A DNA stretch of 64,000 nt from a virus, in IMG/VR virus record IMGVR_UViG_3300045970_000027, positions 1 to 64,000 of that record. One strand, written 5' to 3'. Below the pieces are notes generated by a model, which was given only the letters and a program-made list of their open reading frames with translations, searched no databases and was not told the DNA's origin. Of this stretch, positions 37,882 through 47,913 are shown in pieces. The translations under genes were made by a program, and so were the position numbers. Within the stretch, counting starts at the first letter, position 1. Each line of letters begins with the position of its first letter.

Positions 37882-38301
37882 TTACGTGCCGCTGCAGTAC
37901 GTCCCGTGCCACGCTCTAATCCCGCCACGCTCGATGCTGTGTATGAAGACAGCGTCTTGTGCGTACGGTGGCGCAGCAGACGCAGGCATGTACGCCCACG
38001 GCTTTGCGAGTGGTGTGAATCGAGCATTGCCAGTCCACGTCGACTGGATCATTTGGTAGGCCCCGGCGGCCGATGAGACACGGCGGTTTGGGTAGCGGGC
38101 CTTGTAGTGCCCCGCGTTGATCGACTCATGCCGACGAATGCAGTACCCGAGGTCTCGGATCCATTTCGGCTTACCGTGCCACACCTTGGTGGCTCCGGAG
38201 TCGTTCCACATGTTGGGGGTGCTAACTACGACAGGTTGACTTTCGTGTGCGACCTGCGGCGCGAATATGAGACTTGCTGTGAAGAACAGTGGTGCCCACA
38301 T
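37882..38301 (-). CDS. Secreted Rpf/SceD-like lytic transglycosylase
   Basis: Signal peptide; CI..HES, GAYQ....TW, A..AP...QD, G..AW..C; AAGGTGAG RBS. Confidence 0.8.
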   Translation of the reverse strand: MWAPLFFTASLIFAPQVAHESQPVVVSTPNMWNDSGATKVWHGKPKWIRDLGYCIRRHESINAGHYKARYPNRRVSSAAGAYQMIQSTWTGNARFTPLAKPWAYMPASAAPPYAQDAVFIHSIERGGIRAWHGTYCSGT

Positions 38302-38347
38302 AGGCTCACCTTTCGTCAGACGACAGGGACAAGGGTTCGGATTCCGA

Positions 38348-39397
38348 TCATGCAGCCACCTCCTCTGGGGTACGGGGTTCATCGGGGGTCGTGAGGGCCA
38401 ACTGGCGCAGTTCCTCAGCAAGAGTGATGTCCTCGCGGACGGCGTTGATGATGCCGTCGACGCCCTGCCACTTGTCGTCCTTGTAGTAGTACCAAGCACC
38501 CCTTCGGGTGATGATCTCCTTGACGAGGCAGAGGGCGACGATCTCCTTGCCGAAGTCGATCTCACCGGGAAGGCACTGCCCACCCTCATCGAAGTACATG
38601 TCGATGAAGGCGACACGGTGGGGCGGGGCCGACTTGTTCTTGAGAGTCCGAAGACGCATACTCTGGCCAATCCGCTTCTTGTTGCCTGACGGGCCGATCT
38701 CGATCCACTCGTCGCGCTTGACCTCAGTACGGGTGAAGTAGGCGTAGTCCTTTCCGACACCACCGGGAGTCGTACGGGGGTCGCCATGCATGACGCCGAT
38801 CTTGAAGCGCCACTGGTTGACCATGATGCCGATGATCGGCCGCTCTGACTCGGTCAACGAGCGCTGCATGGCCGCGCCGACCTTACGGAAGAACTTGTTG
38901 GTCAGCATGGCCCCACGACCGATGGTCAGTTCGTCCATCCCCTTGGCGACCTCAGGAGAGGGTGTCAGGGCGGGGTAGGAGTCGATGACGATGCAGTCGA
39001 CCGCCTTACTCTCCGCGAACGCGAGGCAGGCATCGTAGGCCTCCTCCATGACGGTTGTCTCAACCACGATCACGCGAGTTGGGTCGACCCCACAGGTGAT
39101 GGCCCAGTCGGCTACCCACGGCTCTGCCGCTACCCAGACTGCGGTGTAGTCGGGGTCCTTAGCCTGATTGTGGGCGATCATCTTCATGGCGAGGTACGAC
39201 TTACCGTGACTCGGCTCTCCTACGAGTTCATGCCATTGGTTGACAGGGAAGCCTCCACCAAGGATGTAGTCGTAGGTTACGGATCCAGTACTGACACGAC
39301 CACCGAACTCTGTGATGTCGGACGCCACGACGAGGACGTCGCCACCCAACTTCTTGTTGAGGTCGGCGATGATCTTCTTGGCCTCTGGGCTGATCAC
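38348..39397 (-). CDS. recA: RecA/UvsX-like recombinase
   Basis: STGS..D..LGGG.P, Walker A GEPSHGKS, IVIDS, NQ.R.KIG..GDP.TTPGG, KNK. Confidence 0.92.
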   Translation of the reverse strand: MISPEAKKIIADLNKKLGGDVLVVASDITEFGGRVSTGSVTYDYILGGGFPVNQWHELVGEPSHGKSYLAMKMIAHNQAKDPDYTAVWVAAEPWVADWAITCGVDPTRVIVVETTVMEEAYDACLAFAESKAVDCIVIDSYPALTPSPEVAKGMDELTIGRGAMLTNKFFRKVGAAMQRSLTESERPIIGIMVNQWRFKIGVMHGDPRTTPGGVGKDYAYFTRTEVKRDEWIEIGPSGNKKRIGQSMRLRTLKNKSAPPHRVAFIDMYFDEGGQCLPGEIDFGKEIVALCLVKEIITRRGAWYYYKDDKWQGVDGIINAVREDITLAEELRQLALTTPDEPRTPEEVAA

Positions 39398-39639
39398 TTG
39401 ATGTCCTCCACGGTGATGGCTCCTTCTGGGATGGTCGCGCTTATGAGTGCGTCGCTGACCTTGAAGTTCACGGTCTTGACGAGGCCTGACGGGAGGTTGA
39501 TGTCGATGTTCAGGGTCACCGTGTCGTTCTCGTAGACGTACGTCTTGTAGTTGGTCAAGAGCCAGCCCGTTCGGGGATCACCGTTAGACAGTCTCTTCTT
39601 ACGCTCTCGCTTGGTCTCCTTTCGGAGGTGGATGATCAT
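39394..39639 (-). CDS. Hypothetical protein
   Basis: Coupled ORF. Confidence 0.6.
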   Translation of the reverse strand: MIIHLRKETKRERKKRLSNGDPRTGWLLTNYKTYVYENDTVTLNIDINLPSGLVKTVNFKVSDALISATIPEGAITVEDIK

Positions 39640-39998
39640 GGGGTCGGTAGTCCTTGCATCTCTCGTCCTTCGGTGTAGCCGCAGGAGTAACAGCGCGGGG
39701 GAACCTTCGCCATCCCGGTCTGGCTAACCACTGCGGCGCTATTGGCTCGGGAGAAGAAGAGGTCGCTCCCGCACATCGGGCAGTTGGACGACTCCGTACG
39801 AGCCGCCTCTCCACCCCTCCACTGCATGGCGGCATCGAACGTGTTCTCGATGGTCACTTGGATGTCCTGCTGCCTCTGCTGCGGCTGTGCTGGGGGCTGG
39901 TACTGGGGCCGCTGGGTTACCGGAGGTCCCGGTCGGTACGCAGGGGGCGCTGCAGGCTGCGGGTTCCCCATCTTGTTGGCCCACCAACTACTGCTCAC
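39636..39998 (-). CDS. Pro/Gln-rich zinc-ribbon protein
   Basis: CPMC...CYSC; coupled. Confidence 0.7.
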   Translation of the reverse strand: MSSSWWANKMGNPQPAAPPAYRPGPPVTQRPQYQPPAQPQQRQQDIQVTIENTFDAAMQWRGGEAARTESSNCPMCGSDLFFSRANSAAVVSQTGMAKVPPRCYSCGYTEGREMQGLPTP

Positions 39999-40555
39999 GC
40001 TGCCCGCCCCTTCGGCTTCTCGTCGTCCTTGACAGTCGCCTTGAAGAGGCTGTTGGAGGCTGTATGGAAGACGACGACACCTTCGGGGTCCATGAAGCCG
40101 GGAGAGGCCACCGAGCCGAACTCAGACAGGAGGTCGAGTTGGTGGTCCACGGCCCCCGTGGTGAACGGTCCCTCGTACAGGATGGGGACTGCACGGAGGC
40201 ATGGGACGAGGTGGCCGATGGTCTCAGGGGTCCACCGAGACACGTTGAAGAGCGAGAACCGCTTCTCCGTCAGGCCGTACCCGCGCTGGACACCCTGACC
40301 CCACCACTCTCCGAAGTGGAGTCCTTCACCCAGAGTCTCAGCCAGTTCCCAGCGATTCTGGTCGACCCACTTCGCGAACCCGTGGTTGTCGTCGGACGGA
40401 GTGATGATCCGCTTGCGGGACTGGGCTACCACGATGGGGAAGCCGCCCTGATCGTAGGTGATGTTGATCGCGGCGTTCGTGCCGTCGATCTTCTCGGTGA
40501 TAACGATCTCCCGGTTGAGGCGGGGGATCTTAGGGAATGGAACGAAGTCAGTCAT
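39995..40555 (-). CDS. Minimal Rnl2-like RNA ligase (adenylyltransferase domain)
   Basis: TEKIDGTN, FGEWWG, F.LF, VPILY.G, EGVV, FK. Confidence 0.85.
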   Translation of the reverse strand: MTDFVPFPKIPRLNREIVITEKIDGTNAAINITYDQGGFPIVVAQSRKRIITPSDDNHGFAKWVDQNRWELAETLGEGLHFGEWWGQGVQRGYGLTEKRFSLFNVSRWTPETIGHLVPCLRAVPILYEGPFTTGAVDHQLDLLSEFGSVASPGFMDPEGVVVFHTASNSLFKATVKDDEKPKGRAA

Positions 40556-40980
40556 GCTGTCGCCTTGTCGTATGAGTAGGAGATGAGGCCGAGGTCGTGC
40601 AGTTGGGTGAGCGTGCCGCGTAGGGTCGCCATCGTGACCTTTGAGAAGAGGTCGACCATGTGCTCGGTCTCCTCTGGATCGGCACTCTGGTCAGACATCG
40701 TCATGTAGTACTGGATGACGCTGTCGGACATGACACTCGCGAAGACGGCTAGCAGAGGTGCGAGAGGAGTGAGGCTGAAGATCCTCTCGGAGGACTCCTC
40801 TATCTCGACCTCGACGTCGTCCAGTGGTGGGAGGCCCATCAGTGTGCTCAACTGCTGCGCTTCCGAGATCCCGCTGTCGAGCAGGAAGCGGTGCAGCATG
40901 AGGGGAACGTTGACCTGCTTGACGACGTGGGCCGCCTGCACGGCCGTTATGGGCTTGGCCTTGCGCTTGAAGATACTCAT
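40552..40980 (-). CDS. Hypothetical protein
   Basis: Coupled ORF. Confidence 0.7.
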   Translation of the reverse strand: MSIFKRKAKPITAVQAAHVVKQVNVPLMLHRFLLDSGISEAQQLSTLMGLPPLDDVEVEIEESSERIFSLTPLAPLLAVFASVMSDSVIQYYMTMSDQSADPEETEHMVDLFSKVTMATLRGTLTQLHDLGLISYSYDKATA

Positions 40981-42995
40981 TTTCCTTTACCCCAAGTCTC
41001 TGCGATCTTGACGTCTGCGATGAGTGGGACCTTGAGGAAGGTGATTCCCTCCATGGCCTTACGGATGGCCTCTGCGGTCTCGTCCGCGAGGTGGGTCGGA
41101 GTGGTCGTAACCAACTCGTCATGGATCGTCAGAACGAGGTGAGCCTCGTCTGGGATCATCTTGCTAGCGCGTACTAGTGCCATCTTCATGATGTCGGCCG
41201 CGCTGCCTTGGATCAGCGTGTTGAAGCACTGACGCTCGGCCTTGGCTACCTGCCACCAGACGTCGCTCTTGAGGTCGGGGAGGTAACGACGGCGACCGGT
41301 GATCGTGGCGACGAACGGGACGGGGATCTGCTTCTTGGCCGTACGAATGCTAAGGGCCTTGAGCATGTCGATGTTCTTGAACTTGTGCGAGAACTCGTAT
41401 AGGAGTTCCTTAGCCTCATCGACAGAGCAGCCGATCTGGCTGGCGATCTTGTCGGGGCCGACTCCGTACGCGATGGAGAGGACGAGGACCTTGCCAGCCT
41501 TTCGGTCGACCCCCATCGTGTCGCCGATGGTCGTGTAGATGTCACCACCCGACATGTAGTTCTCGACCATGATCGGGTCCTTGCTGAAGGAGGCGATGAT
41601 GCGTGGCTCGATCTGGCTGTAGTCGGCGACGACCAGCGTCTCCCCCTCGGGAGCGATGAAGAGGTTGCGGATCAACTTCCCGTAGTCCGTGCTGGCGTTG
41701 GGGACGTTCTGCAGGTTCGGGTTCCGGCTGGAGAAGCGGCCGGTCGCCGCACCGATCTGGTTGAAGTCGGTATGCAGGCGGCCACGGTCGAGCAGTGCGT
41801 CCTGAATGGACGTGCGTGACTTACCGTTCACAGTGTGAATGCGGGTACCCCCGAGGTAGGGGATGACGTACGTACTGCTGAGTTTGGCGAGGTCGGAGTG
41901 CTCCAGCATGGCGTCAACGAGGATGTCTGTATCCCGCAAGGCCTCCAGCGCTTCCGCAGACGTGCTGTAGTCGTGCAGGGTGAGCGTCTCCTTGTTGCGC
42001 TTCCTCTCCCGGCCTTTGTCAGTCAGGATCTTCGCCTGCAGACCACGACCACCCTCCTTCTTCGGGAGGAAGAGGAGTTCGCCCTTCTCCTTGGTCGCAT
42101 TGAGGTTGAACTGCCTACCGGCGATGCGGAAGACCTTCTCCTTCGCCTGTGCGATGTCGATCTCCAACCGCTTGGCCAGATCCTCAAGAGACTCGGTGTC
42201 GAGAGGTGTTCCGGTCAGTCTCATCAGGGTGACGACGGGGAGGACGTCCATCTCTAGCGCGAAGACCTTGCGTAGGCTGTCGCGCTCGATGAGAGGCTCC
42301 ATGGCCTGCCACGCCTTGACGGTGGCGACGACGTCGAGGTGTGCGTACTTGGCTACCTCAGTGAAGCCGTGCGCCTCGATCTCCTTGCCGACGCCCTTGA
42401 CCATCTCGACCCCGGCGTACTTCTTGGCTACATCCTTGAGGTTGAAGCCGTACCCCTTGTCGGAGTCGATGAGGAAGGCAGTGACCATCGTGTCGGCATA
42501 CGGTCCGGCTGGGATGCCGCCGATGTACTTGGCAACCGAGCCAAGGTCGAACGCGAGGTTGTGGCCGACCTTCAGCATGTCCGACATGAAGAGAGGCTTG
42601 AGGGCGGTGAACGTCTCCGTACGGGTCAACTGCTCGGGGGCGTCAGTCCAGACCGTCTGCGCCTTCTTGATGTCGGTGCTGTAGTCGGTCTTGCGGGGGT
42701 CGAGTCCACGCGACATGCGGTCGCGGAGGTCCTGCGAGTCCTTGAGAGCCATGATGTGCTCAACGAACTCACCGTGGGGATGCCCCATCGGGATGACGCA
42801 GGAGAAGAAGTCGTTTGCGAGGGCGATCCATGTGACGTTGTTACGCCACGTATCACCACGGTGGTCGCCCATCGTCTCGACGTCGAACGCCAAGAACTGG
42901 CCGGTTGAGAGTAGTTCGACTGCGCGGTCTAGGCCAGCGCGGTCGGTGACGAGGACGTAGTCCTCAAGTCGAGTCGGTTCAAGAACAGCAAGCAC
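40977..42995 (-). CDS. polA: Family A DNA polymerase with 3'-5' exonuclease
   Basis: FDVET, GHNL.FD, YA..D; TGRFSSRNPNLQN, ADYSQIEPR, R..GK....I.YG, N..IQGSAAD, IHDEL. Confidence 0.95.
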   Translation of the reverse strand: MLAVLEPTRLEDYVLVTDRAGLDRAVELLSTGQFLAFDVETMGDHRGDTWRNNVTWIALANDFFSCVIPMGHPHGEFVEHIMALKDSQDLRDRMSRGLDPRKTDYSTDIKKAQTVWTDAPEQLTRTETFTALKPLFMSDMLKVGHNLAFDLGSVAKYIGGIPAGPYADTMVTAFLIDSDKGYGFNLKDVAKKYAGVEMVKGVGKEIEAHGFTEVAKYAHLDVVATVKAWQAMEPLIERDSLRKVFALEMDVLPVVTLMRLTGTPLDTESLEDLAKRLEIDIAQAKEKVFRIAGRQFNLNATKEKGELLFLPKKEGGRGLQAKILTDKGRERKRNKETLTLHDYSTSAEALEALRDTDILVDAMLEHSDLAKLSSTYVIPYLGGTRIHTVNGKSRTSIQDALLDRGRLHTDFNQIGAATGRFSSRNPNLQNVPNASTDYGKLIRNLFIAPEGETLVVADYSQIEPRIIASFSKDPIMVENYMSGGDIYTTIGDTMGVDRKAGKVLVLSIAYGVGPDKIASQIGCSVDEAKELLYEFSHKFKNIDMLKALSIRTAKKQIPVPFVATITGRRRYLPDLKSDVWWQVAKAERQCFNTLIQGSAADIMKMALVRASKMIPDEAHLVLTIHDELVTTTPTHLADETAEAIRKAMEGITFLKVPLIADVKIAETWGKGK

Positions 42996-43096
42996 ACGAT
43001 TTCCTTTGGCAGGGTGGCAGATGGAGGGGTGGGTGCGGGGACTGGACAGGGGGGGCAGCCCCCGCACCCGTGCAGCGCGGCTAGGGAAGGGGGTAC

Positions 43097-43759
43097 CTAG
43101 CGGCTGCTGACCTCACTCGCGATCTTCTCTAGTTCGCCCCGAGAGGTGAACGAGATGACCGCAGAGGTGAGGGGTTCGAAGGTGTCGACAACCTGCTCGA
43201 CCTCGACCTGATCGACACCCCAGTCCTCGCCAAGATCGCGAGCCTTGACCGGAAGGGTCTGGTACGACGTCTGCTTGTTGTCTCCGGTCTTGGAGCACGA
43301 CCAGTAGATACGGTCGAGCGGACCGGTCTTCGGGTCCTTATCAAGGCTGGCCAACTGCTTGACCAGAGTGGGGCTGGCGACCAGCGATTCGACAACGGCC
43401 TCCTCAGCGGAGAGGTTGACGACGCTGAAGGCGATCTTCGGGCGCGGGATGTCACCGATCTTGCAGAGCGGGCAGTCGGCACCGAGGCAAGTGAACGACT
43501 TCTTGCCCTTCCGCTCGATCCAGTGCTGGTCGTACACGGCGAACGGCTTGGAGTCGAGGAACTTCACCAACTGCTTCTGCTCGGTGAACTTGAACTCGTT
43601 GGTGAACTTTCCGGTCGACTCGGACGCCTTGAGAGCGGCCTCCCAGCCGGACTGGATGATGCCGGGACGCTCGGTGGACTCGTTCTCGTTCTCGTCAAGG
43701 AACAGTTCGGTATCGGCGACGTAATCGTCGCCCTTGTTGATGTACTGGGCAAGGGCCAT
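43097..43759 (-). CDS. Probable single-stranded DNA-binding protein
   Basis: QHW...FTC...CPLC motif; next to polymerase; AGGAG RBS. Confidence 0.7.
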   Translation of the reverse strand: MALAQYINKGDDYVADTELFLDENENESTERPGIIQSGWEAALKASESTGKFTNEFKFTEQKQLVKFLDSKPFAVYDQHWIERKGKKSFTCLGADCPLCKIGDIPRPKIAFSVVNLSAEEAVVESLVASPTLVKQLASLDKDPKTGPLDRIYWSCSKTGDNKQTSYQTLPVKARDLGEDWGVDQVEVEQVVDTFEPLTSAVISFTSRGELEKIASEVSSR

Positions 43760-43771
43760 GGTGCGTATCTC

Positions 43772-44215
43772 CTAGTTGGCAGTATCGGTAAGGGCAGTCC
43801 ATCGCTCAAAGATGGCGATGGTGAGGTCGTCGTGCTGGTTCCACTCGACGCGAGCGGCACCGAGGAGGCCACGCTTGTGGAACTCCTGCACTGCTATGTC
43901 GATCAGGCCCCGTGTAAAGACGCGCTTACCGGGGACGGTCTTACCAGCGCGGGCGGCACTGGGAAGTCTGTAGGGACTCTTCGGGATGTACGCCTTGCGC
44001 TCCCAGAGTCGGATGGTGACGGGTGACTTTCCGAGGGCGTTAGCCAGAGCGCCGAGCAGGAAGAACTCGGTGTCCACCCCGCCCAACTTCTTGATGATCG
44101 GCTTCGCGTCCCACGCAGGCTCCTCGACGCTGGCGGTCGCCTCACGGCGAGTCTTCTTGCTACCGGGGTAGCGGGAGTCGAGGTCTGCGAACTCCTTGTC
44201 GATGTCGTAGGTCAC
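43772..44215 (-). CDS. MerR-like HTH DNA-binding protein
   Basis: GALANALGKSPVTIRLWE....IP......R.FT. Confidence 0.7.
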   Translation of the reverse strand: MTYDIDKEFADLDSRYPGSKKTRREATASVEEPAWDAKPIIKKLGGVDTEFFLLGALANALGKSPVTIRLWERKAYIPKSPYRLPSAARAGKTVPGKRVFTRGLIDIAVQEFHKRGLLGAARVEWNQHDDLTIAIFERWTALTDTAN

Positions 44216-44409
44216 GCGCAGTCAGCCCAGATGAGAAGACCGCCGCCACCGACTACTGCGGTGATGAGCGCGGTGACCAACGAGACCTGAACGAGGTTGG
44301 AAGCCGTCTGGGACTCGGTGACGGCCCATGTGTACCCGGCGGCAAGGCCGACCAGAACGTTGACCGCCAAGATGGCGGTAACGACCCAGAGGGCGACTTT
44401 GAATGCCAT
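44212..44409 (-). CDS. Two-TM membrane protein
   Basis: Hydrophobic 65 aa. Confidence 0.6.
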   Translation of the reverse strand: MAFKVALWVVTAILAVNVLVGLAAGYTWAVTESQTASNLVQVSLVTALITAVVGGGGLLIWADCA

Positions 44410-44844
44410 CTACTTGACCTTCAATGCCCAGACGACCTTCTTGGGGAAGATCGCGTCGACGTCGTCCTCGGTCAGTTCGTCAGCGAAGACGGCCGCGTAG
44501 ACGGCGTCCTGATCAACGACCTGAACGGTCTTGTAGCAGGTATCCTCGACCCCGCGAGCGGCGAAGATGTCAGCAGCCGCTTCCTCGTCAAGGCCACGGG
44601 AGACGCGGCACTCGCCCTGCAAGGCAGTGACGCCGTCGATCTCCTCACCGAGTTCCAGCCAGTAGTGGCCCTGATCGTCCACGTACCCGGCGTACTTGAT
44701 CGTCTCCATGAGAGCGTCGCGGAGTTCCTTCTGACGCTTGGATGCACGGTCGGCCTCAGCCTTGACCATGTTGTACTCACGGATCTGTGCGGCCGTGATG
44801 TCGACCGGCTTTGCCTCTCGGCTGGTGTTCGAAACGCGTGCCAT
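44410..44844 (-). CDS. Conserved phage hypothetical protein
   Basis: AAGGGAG RBS; TTGCAT-N17-TACTGT promoter at ~44872-44900. Confidence 0.75.
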   Translation of the reverse strand: MARVSNTSREAKPVDITAAQIREYNMVKAEADRASKRQKELRDALMETIKYAGYVDDQGHYWLELGEEIDGVTALQGECRVSRGLDEEAAADIFAARGVEDTCYKTVQVVDQDAVYAAVFADELTEDDVDAIFPKKVVWALKVK

Positions 44845-44958
44845 GCTCTCCCTTTCGTTTCTGTAACCCAGACAGTACACGCTGGTGCCAGATCATGCAA
44901 GTCTTTGGGGGGTGTGTCTTTCGTTCGTGTACCCCACGCTACAGGAGGGGTCTGACAG

Positions 44959-46536
44959 TCAGGGCTGGACGTCTCGCAGGAACTGGGCGAGAGCGCCGAC
45001 AGTCATATCGACGCCGCCCTCCTCGTTGATGCCTTCCCCGTCCACCACGGCGCTCGCTACAGCGTTCTTCTGCTGGAGCATCGCGTACTGCCGCTCCTCG
45101 ATGGACTCGCTGATGAGGAGGTCCTGAATGACGATGCTGGGCCACTTGGATGAGGCGCGTTTGATGCGGCCGTTCCTCTGGGTAGCGAGACCCGCGCTCC
45201 ACGGGAGGTCGTAGTTGATCAGCATGTTGGCCTGTGGGAGGTCGACCCCGTACCCACCCGCGTCGGTACTGACTAGCACTCTGACAAGGGGGTCTGTCTG
45301 GAACTCGACCTTCGCGGCCTCTTTCTCCTTGGCCGACATCTTGCCGGTGTAAACGACCCCACCTACGGTCTCACGGATCGTGTCAGCCATCTGGACGTAC
45401 GAGCAGAAGATGACGACCTTCGCGTCTGGGTCGGAGTCGAGGTGGTCCTCTACTAGACCTTTCAGGACCGGTAGTTTCACGGCCTTCGCCTTATCCACCG
45501 CGATAGCCAGACTCTCGTCCTCGTCCAGCAACTCCCAGAGGAACCTCGACCCTTCATCGCGTCTCATCGGGTCGTAGATGGACGCACTGTGCTCCAGAAG
45601 ACGGGGGTCGTCGCAGAGCATCTTGAGTGCGGTCACCTTAGCCATGATCCGACCCATGGCCTCATCCCCCGGCGTGAACCCAGATCCACCATGCCCGTAG
45701 TGGGCCATGACGTCGAACGACGAGCCGAACGTCCCCTGAACGTCCTGCAGGTCGTCCTCCAGCATCGTGGCGATGTGTCGGTAGACGCGAGCGGAGTTCC
45801 GGTCCAGCGGGACGAAGATCGGATCCTTGTGGATCGTGTCGGGGAGGTAGGGGGCGACATCAGGGTCGGTCTGCGACTTCCTGACTAACGCGTCCTTGAG
45901 CCGCTCATGCAACTTGGAGAGGTTGCGGTACCGCTCGACCGCTCCCCACTTGTTCCGGACGATGAAGGTAGAGTCGAAGAGGTCGAACCGCGAGCCGAGG
46001 ACCGTGGGGTCGATGGCCTGAAACAGACTGTAGAGTTCCTCGGGCTTCCCATTCTCAATCGGAGTACCCGTCAGGCCGTACCGGATCGGGATGCTCTTGA
46101 CGAGGTCCTTGACGTGCTTGGATCGCTTGGAGCGGAACGCCTTGATGGCGGTGGCCTCGTCCAGAACGATGGCGTCGTAGTTCTGCTTCTTGATGATGTC
46201 CCAGTCGTTGACGACCTGCTCGTAGTTGACGATGGTGTAGTCGTACGTCGGGGCGATCACGTACTGGGTCTCGCGGGTCATCTTGCTGCCGTCGATGACG
46301 ATGGAGCAGGAGTCGGAGAACTTGGCGATCTCCTTCTGCCACTGGAACTTCAGGCTGGAGAGGGCTACAACTAGTACGGCACCGCTGATCTGGTTTTCGT
46401 CTCGCAACTGCTCCAGTGCGGCGATAGTCAGGACCGTCTTACCGAGGCCGAGGTCGTAGGCGACGAGGACCTTCTTCCGGTCGACCATCTTGTCGACGGC
46501 CTCATTCTGGTACGGGAGCAGGGTGCCTGTGAACAT
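44959..46536 (-). CDS. SNF2-family helicase
   Basis: LLPYQ, GLGKT, LDEA, LTGTPIEN, GGYGVDL, DLPW, QRNGRI.R. Confidence 0.93.
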   Translation of the reverse strand: MFTGTLLPYQNEAVDKMVDRKKVLVAYDLGLGKTVLTIAALEQLRDENQISGAVLVVALSSLKFQWQKEIAKFSDSCSIVIDGSKMTRETQYVIAPTYDYTIVNYEQVVNDWDIIKKQNYDAIVLDEATAIKAFRSKRSKHVKDLVKSIPIRYGLTGTPIENGKPEELYSLFQAIDPTVLGSRFDLFDSTFIVRNKWGAVERYRNLSKLHERLKDALVRKSQTDPDVAPYLPDTIHKDPIFVPLDRNSARVYRHIATMLEDDLQDVQGTFGSSFDVMAHYGHGGSGFTPGDEAMGRIMAKVTALKMLCDDPRLLEHSASIYDPMRRDEGSRFLWELLDEDESLAIAVDKAKAVKLPVLKGLVEDHLDSDPDAKVVIFCSYVQMADTIRETVGGVVYTGKMSAKEKEAAKVEFQTDPLVRVLVSTDAGGYGVDLPQANMLINYDLPWSAGLATQRNGRIKRASSKWPSIVIQDLLISESIEERQYAMLQQKNAVASAVVDGEGINEEGGVDMTVGALAQFLRDVQP

Positions 46537-46772
46537 CAGGCTGTCTCCCTAGGGTCTTCGGTTACTCCATGGACAAGTGCGCCGCAGGAGACGCAGGCCA
46601 TCTCAGTGAAGCGGCCTGCGATCTCCCTCTCCTCTGCCTCGGGGTCGAACCAGACGATGGCGTGGAAGACGTTGCTCCCGCACGCGCACTCCTTGGTCGG
46701 ACCGAGGAATAGGAGGTCGGGACCAGTAGTGGCCGTCTCGTAGAAGAGGTCGTAGATCGGCTTCGGTGTCAC
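46536..46772 (-). CDS. Zinc-ribbon protein
   Basis: GPT..C.CG....C..CG. Confidence 0.6.
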   Translation of the reverse strand: MTPKPIYDLFYETATTGPDLLFLGPTKECACGSNVFHAIVWFDPEAEEREIAGRFTEMACVSCGALVHGVTEDPRETA

Positions 46773-46839
46773 TTCATCCTCATTGCGACTGCCGTAAGGA
46801 CTGCTCCGACAGTGACGGCTACTACGAAGATGAAGGCGG

Positions 46840-47778
46840 TCAAGAGATCGCTCGCTCACCGTACGCGCGGGACTTGGCGTTCTTGATCCCGTGCTCGATC
46901 TCAGTCAGAGTCATGTCGCCGGGGTCCTTGGCGGTTGTCTGGCTGTAGTCGAAGAAGCGGACGTTGCGGAGGATTCCCTTTGACGCGCTCAGCATGAACA
47001 GCGCGGCGCGCTTGCCAGCCGGGTCGATGAACGGGTTGTCGAGGGCGAAGATGGTCTCCTCGGCAGCGCTCATCAGCGCGATCTGCGCGAGGGATAGGTG
47101 GGCACCGTACGTGGAGACCGCTCCCGTCACCCCGGCACTGGCCAGCCGGACTGCGTCGAGAGGGGACTCGACCACGATCAACCGGCCGCCCGTGAAGACG
47201 TCGTAGCCGAACAGCGAGCGCGACTTCTTGACGTTGGTCGGGTAATTGCGGAAGACCCGCTCGGTCTCACTCTTCTCCTGCCAACCCATGAGGTGGCCGT
47301 GGTAGGGGTCTCTGATCGGGGTTATCCAGAGTTCGTTGCGGTAGTCCCACTTCACGCCGTACAAGTCGCAGGCGGCTGCTGACAATTGGCGACGATGGCG
47401 TGCCCACTTCGGCGGCTCGTTGAAGCCTGCCAGCCGTGTCTCGCTCATGATCGCCGGTCGGGGGACGTAGATGTCCGCACCGGGGACCCGTGCGAGGGAC
47501 GTCACCAGATCGGGCTTGATCGTCAGTGTCTTCGCGGTGTCGAAGTCGACTCCCTTGATGTCGGCGATGAGCGTGATGATGCTGCCCTTATAGCCGCAGG
47601 AGAAGCAGTTGAAGAGGCCTGTGATGACGTTGACCGACCACGACGGGTGGGCATCCTCGCGGCCCGTCCGCTGGAGGTGCATCGGGCATGCCGCCGTCAA
47701 CTCGTCACCGTAGACGTTACCGGTGATGCCTAGGGCGTCCAGTGTGCTCTCGACGTCGATCACCGGGGACCCCACCAC
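46840..47778 (-). CDS. DnaG-type primase (CHC2 finger + Toprim)
   Basis: CPMH..D.HPS.....CFSCG; VVESPLD; LDN..D.AG; KDPGD. Confidence 0.9.
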   Translation of the reverse strand: MVGSPVIDVESTLDALGITGNVYGDELTAACPMHLQRTGREDAHPSWSVNVITGLFNCFSCGYKGSIITLIADIKGVDFDTAKTLTIKPDLVTSLARVPGADIYVPRPAIMSETRLAGFNEPPKWARHRRQLSAAACDLYGVKWDYRNELWITPIRDPYHGHLMGWQEKSETERVFRNYPTNVKKSRSLFGYDVFTGGRLIVVESPLDAVRLASAGVTGAVSTYGAHLSLAQIALMSAAEETIFALDNPFIDPAGKRAALFMLSASKGILRNVRFFDYSQTTAKDPGDMTLTEIEHGIKNAKSRAYGERAIS

Positions 47779-47913
47779 TCGGACGCCGATGGTAGGTGCG
47801 AGGGTGGCTTGCGAAGACGGCTGATGATGTTCTGCTCCATGTTGTTCAGCCGCTCGGCCACGATCAGTGAGAGGTCGGCAACGATGGCGGTCTTGAGGCG
47901 GTTCAACTCCTCG

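Noticed and set aside
21430-43067. Inteins or introns in RNR, RecA or Pol A
   Set aside because: Lengths are ordinary and no intein termini are visible; Pol A has only a short insertion in the exonuclease domain.
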